Positions 47,581 to 56,325 are shown, counted from the first letter of the stretch. The stretch: DNA of 64,000 nucleotides from an uncultured virus (IMG/VR IMGVR_UViG_3300008117_000099) (IMGVR_UViG_3300008117_000099); one strand, 5' to 3'. The notes: generated by a model not told the origin, from the sequence alone. Made by a program: numbers and translations.

Positions 47581-49302
47581 TTATTTTTCGTATTCTTCCG
47601 GCACTCTCCTTTGTGGGATTTTTGTACCGTAAGCTTCAACTACAAGGCGCTGTCTCAAGCCAGACTCTGCTGCTTGAACGAACATTTGCGCTTCATCCAA
47701 AAGCGGAGTAGCGGCGCCAGGATTTCCTGGAATAGGTTGTCCTTCAGGACCTTCCATAGGCGCAGACATTCCATCTGGGCCAGGCATCATTCCAGTCAGG
47801 CTTGCAATTTCATTTGCAATCTGTGTCTTTACAAGATTAAGAGCGCCGTCTGCCTTAGCATCGTCAATAAGTTCTTGACGAATCTCCATAAGCTTCTGGT
47901 CTGGGAACTCTTCGCCAAGAGAACGAAGGGCGCCTTCTTTAGACTCAAGGCCTAGAGACATCAGTGATTGAACTTCGTTTAGTGCAATCAACTTATCAAG
48001 CGGTAGAGGCGCTGGGAAATGAACGTATGAGCGGTAAGTCAGCGGGTCATTAATATCAAGAACTGGGACCTGACCGTCCTTTAGAGGGGCTGAGCGAGTA
48101 CCTGGGTTAACCTGCATAGCCTCAGGTTCTTTAATAGCAAGGTTAAGAAGGATGAGTTCGTTTACTAGCTCTAACCCACGAGCGTATTGAATAATCTTTT
48201 GATGGTAGCGGTTCATCAAAGGCTGGAATTGAATAGATAAAGCAACACCCGATGTATTAGAGATTGGCTGAGCCTGACCAAGAGCGGTCTCTGGAACACC
48301 AACCATTTCGTGCATAGACTTCTTCATCATTGCTAGGAAGTCCATAGCGCCTTTTAGACCCTGAGCTCCGCCTTCTAGGTTTTCTACCTTTGCGTCTTTT
48401 GGTAGTCCACCCCAGACTTTGTTTGCGCCTTTTTCAAGTTGTGACGCTTTCGCTCCAATGATAACTGTGACCGGCGCAGCGTGATAATTAACAATGTCGG
48501 CGATGTCAGTAGCAGTTTCGTTATAAGTGCGGTTAATAGGAATAATGTCATTGCAATCAGATAGACCCCAAGGAGAACCACTGATACGAACGTTCGGAAT
48601 ATGTACAACAGGGATAGTGCCAAGCGGATTAGGACGAGAGTCAATAAGCTCATCATTGATGTACTCTTCAATAACATCGTCAGTTAAAATTTCGGTGTAA
48701 GTAAATACTTGGCGAGTGCCTTCCAAACTGGTGCCCCAAAAACGATACTTAAGCTTAAACCTAATAAGGCGCTCGCGGTCGTGAGGGTGGAATTCTGGGA
48801 AGCAAAAACTGGAGTTAAGAGGGAGAATACGCACGCGGCCTGGATGCTGACGGCCCGCAGGGTCAACCCAAGGTTCTTCATACGCAACTTTGATAAAGCA
48901 ATCACCAGATACTCCTCCTTGCTGACCGATTTCCCAAAGAACAGAAGCCTTGTTGTTATCTACTTCCCAAACTCTTTCCAGTAAGTCTGGAACAATAGCC
49001 TCTGTCTGCTTTGGGCTTCGGAATTGGACTCCCTTGCCAAATGTGAAGTTAAGAATAAAATCTGTGAATGCACGGTAATAATTCAATACCATTTGTGATT
49101 CGCCTGTTTGACGGCGATAAGAATAATGATGGCCAAGATACATAGCCCAGTTAAGTGAATAACGATTGAGGCGTGGGCCGTGAACTTCAAACTCTTCGTC
49201 AGCAAGCTCTACAAGTCCTAATGGAGAGATAGAGATTGTTAAGTCTGAAGAGGCCGCTCTATACGACGGAGGTGAGAAATCTAAACCGCTTCCGCTCACC
49301 AA
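47581..49302 (-). CDS. Portal protein (SPP1 gp6-like)
   Basis: NPLGTIPVVHIPN, WGLSD, NTSGVAL; position. Confidence 0.9.
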   Translation of the reverse strand: MVSGSGLDFSPPSYRAASSDLTISISPLGLVELADEEFEVHGPRLNRYSLNWAMYLGHHYSYRRQTGESQMVLNYYRAFTDFILNFTFGKGVQFRSPKQTEAIVPDLLERVWEVDNNKASVLWEIGQQGGVSGDCFIKVAYEEPWVDPAGRQHPGRVRILPLNSSFCFPEFHPHDRERLIRFKLKYRFWGTSLEGTRQVFTYTEILTDDVIEEYINDELIDSRPNPLGTIPVVHIPNVRISGSPWGLSDCNDIIPINRTYNETATDIADIVNYHAAPVTVIIGAKASQLEKGANKVWGGLPKDAKVENLEGGAQGLKGAMDFLAMMKKSMHEMVGVPETALGQAQPISNTSGVALSIQFQPLMNRYHQKIIQYARGLELVNELILLNLAIKEPEAMQVNPGTRSAPLKDGQVPVLDINDPLTYRSYVHFPAPLPLDKLIALNEVQSLMSLGLESKEGALRSLGEEFPDQKLMEIRQELIDDAKADGALNLVKTQIANEIASLTGMMPGPDGMSAPMEGPEGQPIPGNPGAATPLLDEAQMFVQAAESGLRQRLVVEAYGTKIPQRRVPEEYEK

Positions 49303-49366
49303 TAAATCCTCTCGTTAAACTTCATAGCCAAATATTAGCACCAAACAAAAAAGACGTTTTTTCAGA

Positions 49367-49678
49367 CTACTTCTTTACTGTCTCGCCCTTGATGTTTCCG
49401 CGACCTACTTTGTGGGTCACCTTTGCCTTGGCTTCTTTTTCTTTCTTTTCTTTCTTTTCCTCAGCGTAGTCCCTAAAACGAGGGTCAATCTGCTTCTTGG
49501 AATCGACAAACTTTCCGCCCATTTGAACATACTTGGTGTGAACCCAGTGAGCGGCTGCTGGAGATGGATACTTAGGAAATCTGGTCTTTGCTTGAGTTGT
49601 AACCATGTTCCATAGGCGTGGGTTAGCAGCAATCTGCTTTGGTGCCTGTGTTACGGAACGACCAGAAATAAGTGCCAT
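49367..49678 (-). CDS. Basic hypothetical protein
   Basis: NPRLW...AKTRF..YPSPAAAHWV...Y...GG. Confidence 0.65.
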   Translation of the reverse strand: MALISGRSVTQAPKQIAANPRLWNMVTTQAKTRFPKYPSPAAAHWVHTKYVQMGGKFVDSKKQIDPRFRDYAEEKKEKKEKEAKAKVTHKVGRGNIKGETVKK

Positions 49679-49691
49679 TGCTTACCTTTAC

Positions 49692-49748
49692 AAAAAAGTT
49701 CTTAGCTCCCCCGCCACGTATTCGCCGTAGAAACGGGGGAGCAAGAAA
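49692..49748 (-). terminator. Extended terminator-like hairpin
   Basis: UUCUU-GCUCCCCCG...CGGGGGAGC-U-AAGAA followed by CUUUUUU. Confidence 0.6.
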
Positions 49749-49753
49749 CGTTA

Positions 49754-50152
49754 TTAGTCCTGAACTACTGCTGGATTAAGACGCTGTTGATGTGAGCCAT
49801 CGCGGAAAACTTCCTCGATAACATTTGCGCCGTAATCAGAGAAAGAACCACCAGCAAACTCCTTAAGAGTATTTGGTGCTTCTACCCAAGCTGCTGAACC
49901 AACGTGAGCACGCTCTTTCATTGTTTCTGCTGCAGGCTTAGTGTGAACAGGGGCATTGCGATTTGGACGGCCAGCTGCTGGGATATAACCCTGTGCAGCT
50001 CCGTTAGAAAATTCCTGTGGAATGTCGGTATCTGTTGCAAGTCCTTCTTCAAAACGAAGTGGGCCGCGTTGTCCTGGAACAGCGCCTGCCATCTTGCGGT
50101 CGTATACGCTACCTGGACGTTCTGGGAACTTCGGTGCCGGTGCGATTGTCAT
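49754..50152 (-). CDS. Hypothetical protein
   Basis: SD AAGGAG; GPLRFEEG..TDTD. Confidence 0.7.
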   Translation of the reverse strand: MTIAPAPKFPERPGSVYDRKMAGAVPGQRGPLRFEEGLATDTDIPQEFSNGAAQGYIPAAGRPNRNAPVHTKPAAETMKERAHVGSAAWVEAPNTLKEFAGGSFSDYGANVIEEVFRDGSHQQRLNPAVVQD

Positions 50153-50191
50153 AGATATATCTCCTTATAAAGGTTGAGGGCCTCGGGTAAA

Positions 50192-50226
50192 AGTTTCCTA
50201 CTTATTTAACCTAAAGTCAGGCTAAA
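50192..50226 (-). promoter_or_regulatory. Putative late promoter (TTTAGCCTGACT-N17-GAAACT)
   Basis: Shared motif. Confidence 0.55.
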
Positions 50227-50233
50227 GTCGTAT

Positions 50234-51826
50234 TTATCTAGAAAAGAACGGGGAGCTAGAAACTTCGACTTGTGGCATTGTCAGGTCCATAGTTAGCGAG
50301 CAAGCAATAGCCAAACTGTCGGCGTAGTCGTCATGGGCGTGGGCTTCTTCTGGCGCATGTGCCAAAAAGTTAGGGCCAGTGAACTTTGTCTCAAGGTCCG
50401 TCATCTGCTGGTAAAAACGCTTCCAGGTACGTAAACGTCGAGTTTTAGCGTGTGCTGGCCAACCAACCATACGACGGTCAATTAACGCCTTTAGATGTTT
50501 CCAACGTTTTGATTGTTCAGGTTGGCTACTGCCTAAGGCATGTACTTCTGCTCCTGGGAGGAGGAGCTTGAGTCTTTGTGCAACCGCATCACCCACGCCG
50601 TTAGCGTCAACGCCAACAGCAAGTACATCGTAATTATTGAGGAAGTTAACGATTTGAAAATATTGGTCTTCCCAGTCATCTCCTTGTATCTCCATCCAAT
50701 TTAGTATTCGGTGGTCAAAATATCCAAACTCATCTGGCCTATCCCAGTCTACCCACACAACCGTAACAACTGTGGAGTCCATCTTACGTGCAGGGTCAAT
50801 ACCTACTACAACAGGAGTTCTGTGCCAAGCGCGAACAACTTCTTGAGAGGTGTCTCCTAGCTCGTCCATTACGGTTGATGTAACGAACATTCCTCTCTCC
50901 AACAACCATTTGCAGTTGTACGACATCTGGAACTCGTCTGAGTCTTCTCCAATACGAAGCATTTCTTTTTTAATGAACTTGCCGTAGTTAACGTTGCACT
51001 TTGCAACATCTTTCCAGTCCCACTCAAAATGATTCTGACGTATGCCTCTAGAGGTCTGACGACGTTTATTTAATTGGATAGAGCGGTAGAAGTTATTCTT
51101 GTGCGTAGTAGGTGTACCTGTCTTAACCATAGTTCCCGAGTAATACGCAAGCATTGGAGAGATTGACTTAGACACTACAAAGTCATCAGCCTCTTGGCAC
51201 TCGTCAATAATAATAAGATGGAAAGACTTAGATTCAATCTTTGCACGAGGGTTAGCGGTCATCATCATAAGCGTCGAGCCTGAGTTCTTTAATTTAATTT
51301 GACGAGTAACTCCAGGCACTTTACCTAATGAGTCGTCAATCTCTGGGTCACCTAAAATCTCTAGTGCACGTTCGCTAGTTAATCTGTTTACTGAACGGCC
51401 AAACAGAGTCTCAACCTGACCTTCAACAGGTGCAAACATACCAATCCAGATTCCATCTTTAAACCTACCAAGTAAGTCTGGGTACATCTTTGCAAGACGT
51501 GGCAACAAAACCATAAGCGTAACTACAGTGTTAGCAATAGTTTCTGATTTACCTGACTGACGTGCTGCGAGTGCAGTTACTTCTTCACCGTCGTTAATAA
51601 TTACAGACTCAATAATTCTTCGTGCAAGAGGAAGTTGATAAGGGTGGAGGTCATGCCCGACAAGTGCAGACATAAATTGAACACAACGGTCAATTAGTTT
51701 TACTACAAATTCTTTTGATAGTTCATCCAGCTCATCTTCTTCCTCTTCGGGAAGGTCCTGTTCACTATCGTCTTCGTCTATAAGCTCGTCGTCTTCTTCA
51801 AAAAAATCTAGTTCTGTCTCGTTCAT
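50234..51826 (-). CDS. terL: Terminase large subunit
   Basis: ARQSGKS, IIIDECQ, TGTP, VGIDPA, HDDYADS. Confidence 0.95.
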   Translation of the reverse strand: MNETELDFFEEDDELIDEDDSEQDLPEEEEDELDELSKEFVVKLIDRCVQFMSALVGHDLHPYQLPLARRIIESVIINDGEEVTALAARQSGKSETIANTVVTLMVLLPRLAKMYPDLLGRFKDGIWIGMFAPVEGQVETLFGRSVNRLTSERALEILGDPEIDDSLGKVPGVTRQIKLKNSGSTLMMMTANPRAKIESKSFHLIIIDECQEADDFVVSKSISPMLAYYSGTMVKTGTPTTHKNNFYRSIQLNKRRQTSRGIRQNHFEWDWKDVAKCNVNYGKFIKKEMLRIGEDSDEFQMSYNCKWLLERGMFVTSTVMDELGDTSQEVVRAWHRTPVVVGIDPARKMDSTVVTVVWVDWDRPDEFGYFDHRILNWMEIQGDDWEDQYFQIVNFLNNYDVLAVGVDANGVGDAVAQRLKLLLPGAEVHALGSSQPEQSKRWKHLKALIDRRMVGWPAHAKTRRLRTWKRFYQQMTDLETKFTGPNFLAHAPEEAHAHDDYADSLAIACSLTMDLTMPQVEVSSSPFFSR

Positions 51827-51843
51827 AGCATCCTCAGTCTATT

Positions 51844-51926
51844 AAAAAACGTGTGGCCCTGGGTATTAACCAGGGCTCACGCTGCCACACGGGAGAGAAG
51901 GAAGAGAGGCAAGCATAATTGTAGCA
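51844..51926 (-). ncRNA. Candidate ~70-nt sRNA / attenuator with its own promoter and terminator
   Basis: TGCTACAAT extended -10 (51918-51926), C/U-rich tract, hairpin plus U6. Confidence 0.5.
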
Positions 51927-51932
51927 ATATTA

Positions 51933-52187
51933 TTAAAGGGCTGCTTTTGAGGTCATACGGGTGTGGAGCTCGTTTACCACGGCATGGATGGCCTCTGCTC
52001 CAGTCAAAGCTTCTTCTAGATATAACTTATCTTTAGACTTCTCATAACTATTTAAACAACGGCCCAAATCAAATAGAGCCTGGTCTGCCCACATTACCAA
52101 CTCACCCGTAGGAATCTTAGACACTCGTTTGGCAACCCGTTCAGAAAACGGCTTTGTCCAAGGCGCCTTTTTCTTAAAAAAATTCAT
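51933..52187 (-). CDS. Hypothetical protein
   Basis: Coupled ORF. Confidence 0.65.
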   Translation of the reverse strand: MNFFKKKAPWTKPFSERVAKRVSKIPTGELVMWADQALFDLGRCLNSYEKSKDKLYLEEALTGAEAIHAVVNELHTRMTSKAAL

Positions 52188-52467
52188 CGTAATCTCCGTC
52201 CTCTGGAGACCAGGCTTTTCTAGCTCTAAGCGCTTTCTCCATAATTAAGTCAATATCTTCATCCGTTAGGTTCTCTGGGTTTTTAACAGTTTTATAGAAG
52301 ACCCCAATGTAGTACCCAGGAGTCGTAAAGGGAAATCTGAAAACAAGGCAATGACCAAATCTAAAGGGCATATCTGTCTCTTGCGTATTGCCTACCTCAA
52401 CTATGGGCAGCAACTTCTTATGCCAGTAGCGCAATTTTCCAACGTATAGTGGTCCGAGTGATTTCAT
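52174..52467 (-). CDS. Hypothetical protein
   Basis: Coupled ORF. Confidence 0.65.
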   Translation of the reverse strand: MKSLGPLYVGKLRYWHKKLLPIVEVGNTQETDMPFRFGHCLVFRFPFTTPGYYIGVFYKTVKNPENLTDEDIDLIMEKALRARKAWSPEDGDYDEFF

Positions 52468-52469
52468 AA

Positions 52470-52967
52470 TTAATCTAGGGCAAAGCCTCCGCCGTCTCCG
52501 TACATGTAATTAGCAAACTCTTTTGTATCGTTAAGTTGAAGGCGTCTATCTCTAGACATAGCGCCTGGGTCTGCTGCGCCCATACGAGGCCACTGGTCTA
52601 GTCCCGAGCTAGCTAGATACCTACCCTTAGACTCTGCCAACACAAACCCTTCCCACATATGGTGAGGGACATCGTAGTAGTTCCACCAGGTGCCATCCCT
52701 AAATACAACGGTCATAGTCTCTGTTTTAAAGTCATACCCCGCCTTTAGTGTTCTGGGGCGCTTAGGGTTAGTAGAGGTTGTAGCACGAACGTTTGCTGTG
52801 CTAATTACTTGGAAGGTGTCGTCTTGATTTTCTTGGGGCCTTGACTTTGGGTTTAGATGAAAGAGGTATTCATCGAGCGTTGGCAAACTGCTTTTAGTAT
52901 GGGTGCGGCCAACGTTGTATCCAAAGAGGACGTCAACGCTGGGTATCTGCGCTCGCTTTTTAGCCAT
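52470..52967 (-). CDS. KTSC-domain protein
   Basis: AGYD....MTVVFRDG..WNYYDVP...W..F..AESKGRY. Confidence 0.8.
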   Translation of the reverse strand: MAKKRAQIPSVDVLFGYNVGRTHTKSSLPTLDEYLFHLNPKSRPQENQDDTFQVISTANVRATTSTNPKRPRTLKAGYDFKTETMTVVFRDGTWWNYYDVPHHMWEGFVLAESKGRYLASSGLDQWPRMGAADPGAMSRDRRLQLNDTKEFANYMYGDGGGFALD

Positions 52968-52969
52968 AG

Positions 52970-53233
52970 TTAATCCCTACAGACGTGGTCGCCTGTTTTA
53001 GTTTCTAGTACCCGGTCGTTGCACTGTGAGCAAATCATTACGCGGGTAGGTTTAAAGTTATTTTGAGCAGTAGAGCCCGTTGGAAAATCGCTGCCGTCTT
53101 CTGGCAGTTCTGAGTCATACTCAGTAATAATTTTTGGTTCTCTAAAAAGTTCTCGTGGAAAGGGGCCAGACGGATTGGTTACCGAAGATGGAACTGGATG
53201 AACCTGCACGGCCTTCACACGAGTAGTTCTCAC
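52970..53233 (-). CDS. Hypothetical protein with C-terminal zinc motif
   Basis: CSQC...HVC. Confidence 0.6.
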   Translation of the reverse strand: MRTTRVKAVQVHPVPSSVTNPSGPFPRELFREPKIITEYDSELPEDGSDFPTGSTAQNNFKPTRVMICSQCNDRVLETKTGDHVCRD

Positions 53234-53400
53234 TCTGCTGCCTTTTCAGCTTTCTTTTCTTCCTTAGGAAGAGGAAATTGACCTGCGTTTGCGCGTTCTT
53301 TTAAATGCTTTGGTAAGCATGCGTTGCAGTAATCAACAGGATTTACTCCTGGGTCAGCAACTCGATAAATTGCCGGTGCTGGGCAGTTAAAACATTTCAT
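53230..53400 (-). CDS. Small zinc-finger-like protein (56 aa)
   Basis: MKCFNC...YCNACLP; SD AAGGAG. Confidence 0.65.
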   Translation of the reverse strand: MKCFNCPAPAIYRVADPGVNPVDYCNACLPKHLKERANAGQFPLPKEEKKAEKAAE

Positions 53401-53434
53401 GGGGGTCTCCTTCTTTGCCTTAATAATACCCTAG

Positions 53435-53465
53435 AAACAACAAAGGGCGGGTTTGACCCCGCCCT
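53435..53465 (-). terminator. Intrinsic terminator
   Basis: AGGGCGGG-loop-CCCGCCCU followed by UUGUUGUUU. Confidence 0.7.
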
Positions 53466-53483
53466 AAGTTTTGGAGGTAGGTG

Positions 53484-53747
53484 TTACTTGGTCTTTGCAG
53501 CCTTCTTGGTTGAAGCCTTTGCTACCTCTTTGGCAAGCGTGTCTTCAACAAATTTTGCCACAACACCAAATGCTGGGTCTTTTGGATTGACCGCACGTAG
53601 TGCTACTGGAAGGGTTGATGCAAGAGCAGCAATAAGAATTGATTTAATATCAGTATTGCCTGTTGCATAAACTGCAGTTGCTGCCGCCAAGAACGAGCGT
53701 CCATAAGAAGCAAGCATTGCCTTAAGTGACTTTGAGTCGAACTTCAT
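53484..53747 (-). CDS. Holin-like membrane protein
   Basis: SYGRSFLAAA...LRAVNPKDPAFG; 2 TM helices; basic tail. Confidence 0.65.
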   Translation of the reverse strand: MKFDSKSLKAMLASYGRSFLAAATAVYATGNTDIKSILIAALASTLPVALRAVNPKDPAFGVVAKFVEDTLAKEVAKASTKKAAKTK

Positions 53748-53752
53748 AGTTC

Positions 53753-53995
53753 CTACTTTCTCCCTTTCGGGGATATCAAGATACTATAAATTTCATCAAT
53801 GCGTCCTTCTAGCTTCTCAACCCGGCTACTCAATTGATTAACGGTATCTTTGATACTTGAGCCACCATTGGGCTTAAGTTCAGATAGATAGTGTTTAACT
53901 AACCACTTAACGCCAAATGCGGCTGATGTGATTACTGAAATAAGGGTGGCTGTAAATCCAAGCCAATCGACAGCAGACATTAATATCCAATCCAA
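53753..53995 (-). CDS. Membrane protein with coiled coil (lysis-cassette type)
   Basis: TM helix then ELKPNGGSSIKD. Confidence 0.65.
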   Translation of the reverse strand: MDWILMSAVDWLGFTATLISVITSAAFGVKWLVKHYLSELKPNGGSSIKDTVNQLSSRVEKLEGRIDEIYSILISPKGRK

Positions 53996-54161
53996 AATGT
54001 GAGATGAGTCACAAAATGTTGTCCATATTAATATCTCGGATAATATTAAATAATATTAAGTGCTATTTATACACGACACGCAGTTTATTTGTACTGTTAA
54101 AAAATTAATTTCTTGTTCAACTTGACACGAGCTGTACTTCTTTGGTTTCCTAGACCTTGCG

Positions 54162-54184
54162 AAGCGCCAGAAATGGCGCTTTTC
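54162..54184 (+). promoter_or_regulatory. Terminator-like hairpin in the 5' leader of the transglycosylase gene
   Basis: AAGCGCCA-GAAA-UGGCGCUU followed by UU. Confidence 0.5.
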
Positions 54185-54203
54185 CTAACTGAGAGGAGCA
54201 GCA

Positions 54204-54740
54204 ATGCTTAATATCAGAGAGAACATAGCAACGGTGGCGGTTATATCGGTGTACGGACTAGTACTCGGTGCATTACCACACGCTCTTGCTGCTAACACTG
54301 GACCGGCTATCCAAGACGGCACAACAGTTACAGTAAAAGTGGACCCGCTTGACGAGTTTAGGAACGCTAAGTCACTTGACGAAGCGGAACTAAAATCGCT
54401 GCTTAAAGCAGTTGGTTTTGAGGGAAAGGCCCTCAGGACTGCTTGGGCAGTTGCTATGAAAGAATCGAATGGTCGCCCTAAAGCGTTTAACGGCGATTTA
54501 AGTACTGGCGACAACTCATACGGAATCTTCCAAATCAACATGCTTGGTTCATTAGGAGAGGACCGCAGGGAGAAATTCGACCTACAATCAAATAAGCAAC
54601 TCTTCGACCCAGTTACTAACGCAGAGATTGCGTTTCACATGACTAATGGTGGCGAAGACTGGTCTTCCTGGAAAATACATCCAGGCCAGAACAATGGAGA
54701 ACGATTTGAGCAGTTCTATGAACTGTTTCCCAAAATTTAA
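54204..54740 (+). CDS. Secreted lytic transglycosylase (SLT/lysozyme-like); only credible plus-strand gene
   Basis: Signal peptide ending ALA; KESNG, SYGIFQINM, LFDPVTNA, WSSW; SD GAGGAG. Confidence 0.88.
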   Translation: MLNIRENIATVAVISVYGLVLGALPHALAANTGPAIQDGTTVTVKVDPLDEFRNAKSLDEAELKSLLKAVGFEGKALRTAWAVAMKESNGRPKAFNGDLSTGDNSYGIFQINMLGSLGEDRREKFDLQSNKQLFDPVTNAEIAFHMTNGGEDWSSWKIHPGQNNGERFEQFYELFPKI

Positions 54741-54749
54741 TACATAAAT

Positions 54750-54785
54750 AAAAAAGCCCCCGGCCAAAAGGCTGGGGGCTTTTTT
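54750..54785. terminator. Bidirectional intrinsic terminator
   Basis: A6-GCCCCCGGCC-AAAA-GGCTGGGGGC-T6 between convergent genes. Confidence 0.88.
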
Positions 54786-54794
54786 ATTAGGCTA

Positions 54795-55775
54795 CTAAGA
54801 TGCTGTTGCCCAAGGGGTGATTGTAATTGTTGCAGTTGTAGCAACACCAGCTGCGTTGGCAGCTGTGCTCTGAACACGGATGGTGCCGTTTGCTCCACCA
54901 AGTGTTCCAGTTGCATTGATACCAGTTGTGTCTGCAACTGTGAAGCCAGAACCTGAAACGGTAATCTGACCTGCACCTGCAGAACCGGTAACTGTCCAAG
55001 TACCAAGTGCGTATGCTGGAAGGTTGACTGGGCTTGAGCCAGCTGGTGTTCCTGCAACAAGTGTGACCTTGGTGCCTGTTGGGTAATTGGTGTGTGCGCT
55101 TGTAGCGTAAATAACCGCTGCAGTAGCGCTTGTAGCGTTAAAGCGAGTTACATCTGTGCGTGTGTTTGTAGCTGCTGTAGCTGTAGTGATGTTTGCAGCT
55201 TCGTAACCAGCATCCTTAAGAGCATCAAGTGCCAAGGCAGTGGTTAGACCACGAACATCTGGAACGATGATATTTCCAAGTCCAACGCCATCAGCTGCTG
55301 TAAGAGCAGTAGTTGACTGAACCTTTCCATACTGACCTGTAATAAGGCCAGCGTTTGCTGCGTTAGTTACTGTGAACTTTAACTTGTCTGCTGTTGCAAC
55401 TGTCGCTGAAGACAAGTTGTATGCAGATGCTGAAAGTCCAGTAATGTTTACAACATCTCCAACAGCAAGATTGTTCTGTGAAGTGTACGTAACGGTTGTT
55501 CCGTTTCCTTCAACTGCTGTAATGATGTAGTTTCCTGCTCCAGCAGTAAATGCTGGGTATCCTGACCAACCTGCTTCCGCATTTGCGTGGTTGTCAAGAG
55601 CTGCGTCAAGACGAGCGCTTGCATAGACGGAGTATCCGCTCCAATCGTAGTTCTGAGCTGCATCAGCAGCTACAACTACAGTAGAGCCTCCATCGGTGCG
55701 GTCGTCGTTTGGTTGCATAGGGAAGTTACCCCATACAAAGTCAACGGCTTGCTGACCTGATGAATCTGTTGCCAT
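54795..55775 (-). CDS. PASTA-like-domain protein with beta-repeat domains
   Basis: VPDVRGLTTALALDALKDAGY...GTIRVQS..A....TATITIT. Confidence 0.65.
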   Translation of the reverse strand: MATDSSGQQAVDFVWGNFPMQPNDDRTDGGSTVVVAADAAQNYDWSGYSVYASARLDAALDNHANAEAGWSGYPAFTAGAGNYIITAVEGNGTTVTYTSQNNLAVGDVVNITGLSASAYNLSSATVATADKLKFTVTNAANAGLITGQYGKVQSTTALTAADGVGLGNIIVPDVRGLTTALALDALKDAGYEAANITTATAATNTRTDVTRFNATSATAAVIYATSAHTNYPTGTKVTLVAGTPAGSSPVNLPAYALGTWTVTGSAGAGQITVSGSGFTVADTTGINATGTLGGANGTIRVQSTAANAAGVATTATITITPWATAS

Positions 55776-55801
55776 TAAAGTACCTTTTCTCTAGAGATGG
55801 G

Positions 55802-56077
55802 TTAGCAGTCCCATGCGCGGAGGGACTTGTTAATTCTACTGTTGGGGTCCCTTGCAGTCTTGCTAGACGTGTTTTTCTTTTTCATTCCTTCCATGCGTGC
55901 ACAGAAGGATTTACGACGAGCAGCAGACTTTTTAGATTTAGCAGCTTGTTCCTTTTTTACAGGGGGCTTTAAATCACTGCCTGGGTTTGCTCGTTCGTAA
56001 CTCTTACGGCCTTTTTCATTGAGGCCACCTTTTTGGTTTTTGCCCTCTTTACGGGTCCACGCTTCTGATTTAGCCAT
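55802..56077 (-). CDS. Basic phage protein (DUF6321-like)
   Basis: AWTRKEGKNQKGGLN...RRKSFCARM...DPNSRINKSLRAWDC. Confidence 0.75.
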   Translation of the reverse strand: MAKSEAWTRKEGKNQKGGLNEKGRKSYERANPGSDLKPPVKKEQAAKSKKSAARRKSFCARMEGMKKKNTSSKTARDPNSRINKSLRAWDC

Positions 56078-56235
56078 TAGTTGCTACTTTCTCCATTAAC
56101 TCCGCGTCCCGGAGTTGCGTACGAAAACATCGTTGGTTCTTCGGTACTGACAGGCAAGTTTCGTATTCCAAAACGACTATCTTTAACAGTGTTAGGAACA
56201 TTAAGAGCCTGTTCTTTAAATTCAGTTGCTCTCAT
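56077..56235 (-). CDS. Small hypothetical protein (52 aa)
   Basis: MRATEFKEQALNVP...; TAATG coupling. Confidence 0.5.
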   Translation of the reverse strand: MRATEFKEQALNVPNTVKDSRFGIRNLPVSTEEPTMFSYATPGRGVNGESSN

Positions 56236-56325
56236 GGCGACCATCGGCTCCACTGCAACGCTTGAGTGTGTTTTGCATCAATTGCCCCAGTTGCCCTTGT
56301 TAACGAATCTCGAAACTCTCTACCC

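Noticed and set aside
54100..54203. c-di-AMP (ydaO) riboswitch upstream of the transglycosylase
   Set aside because: Leader is too short and lacks the conserved ydaO sequence blocks
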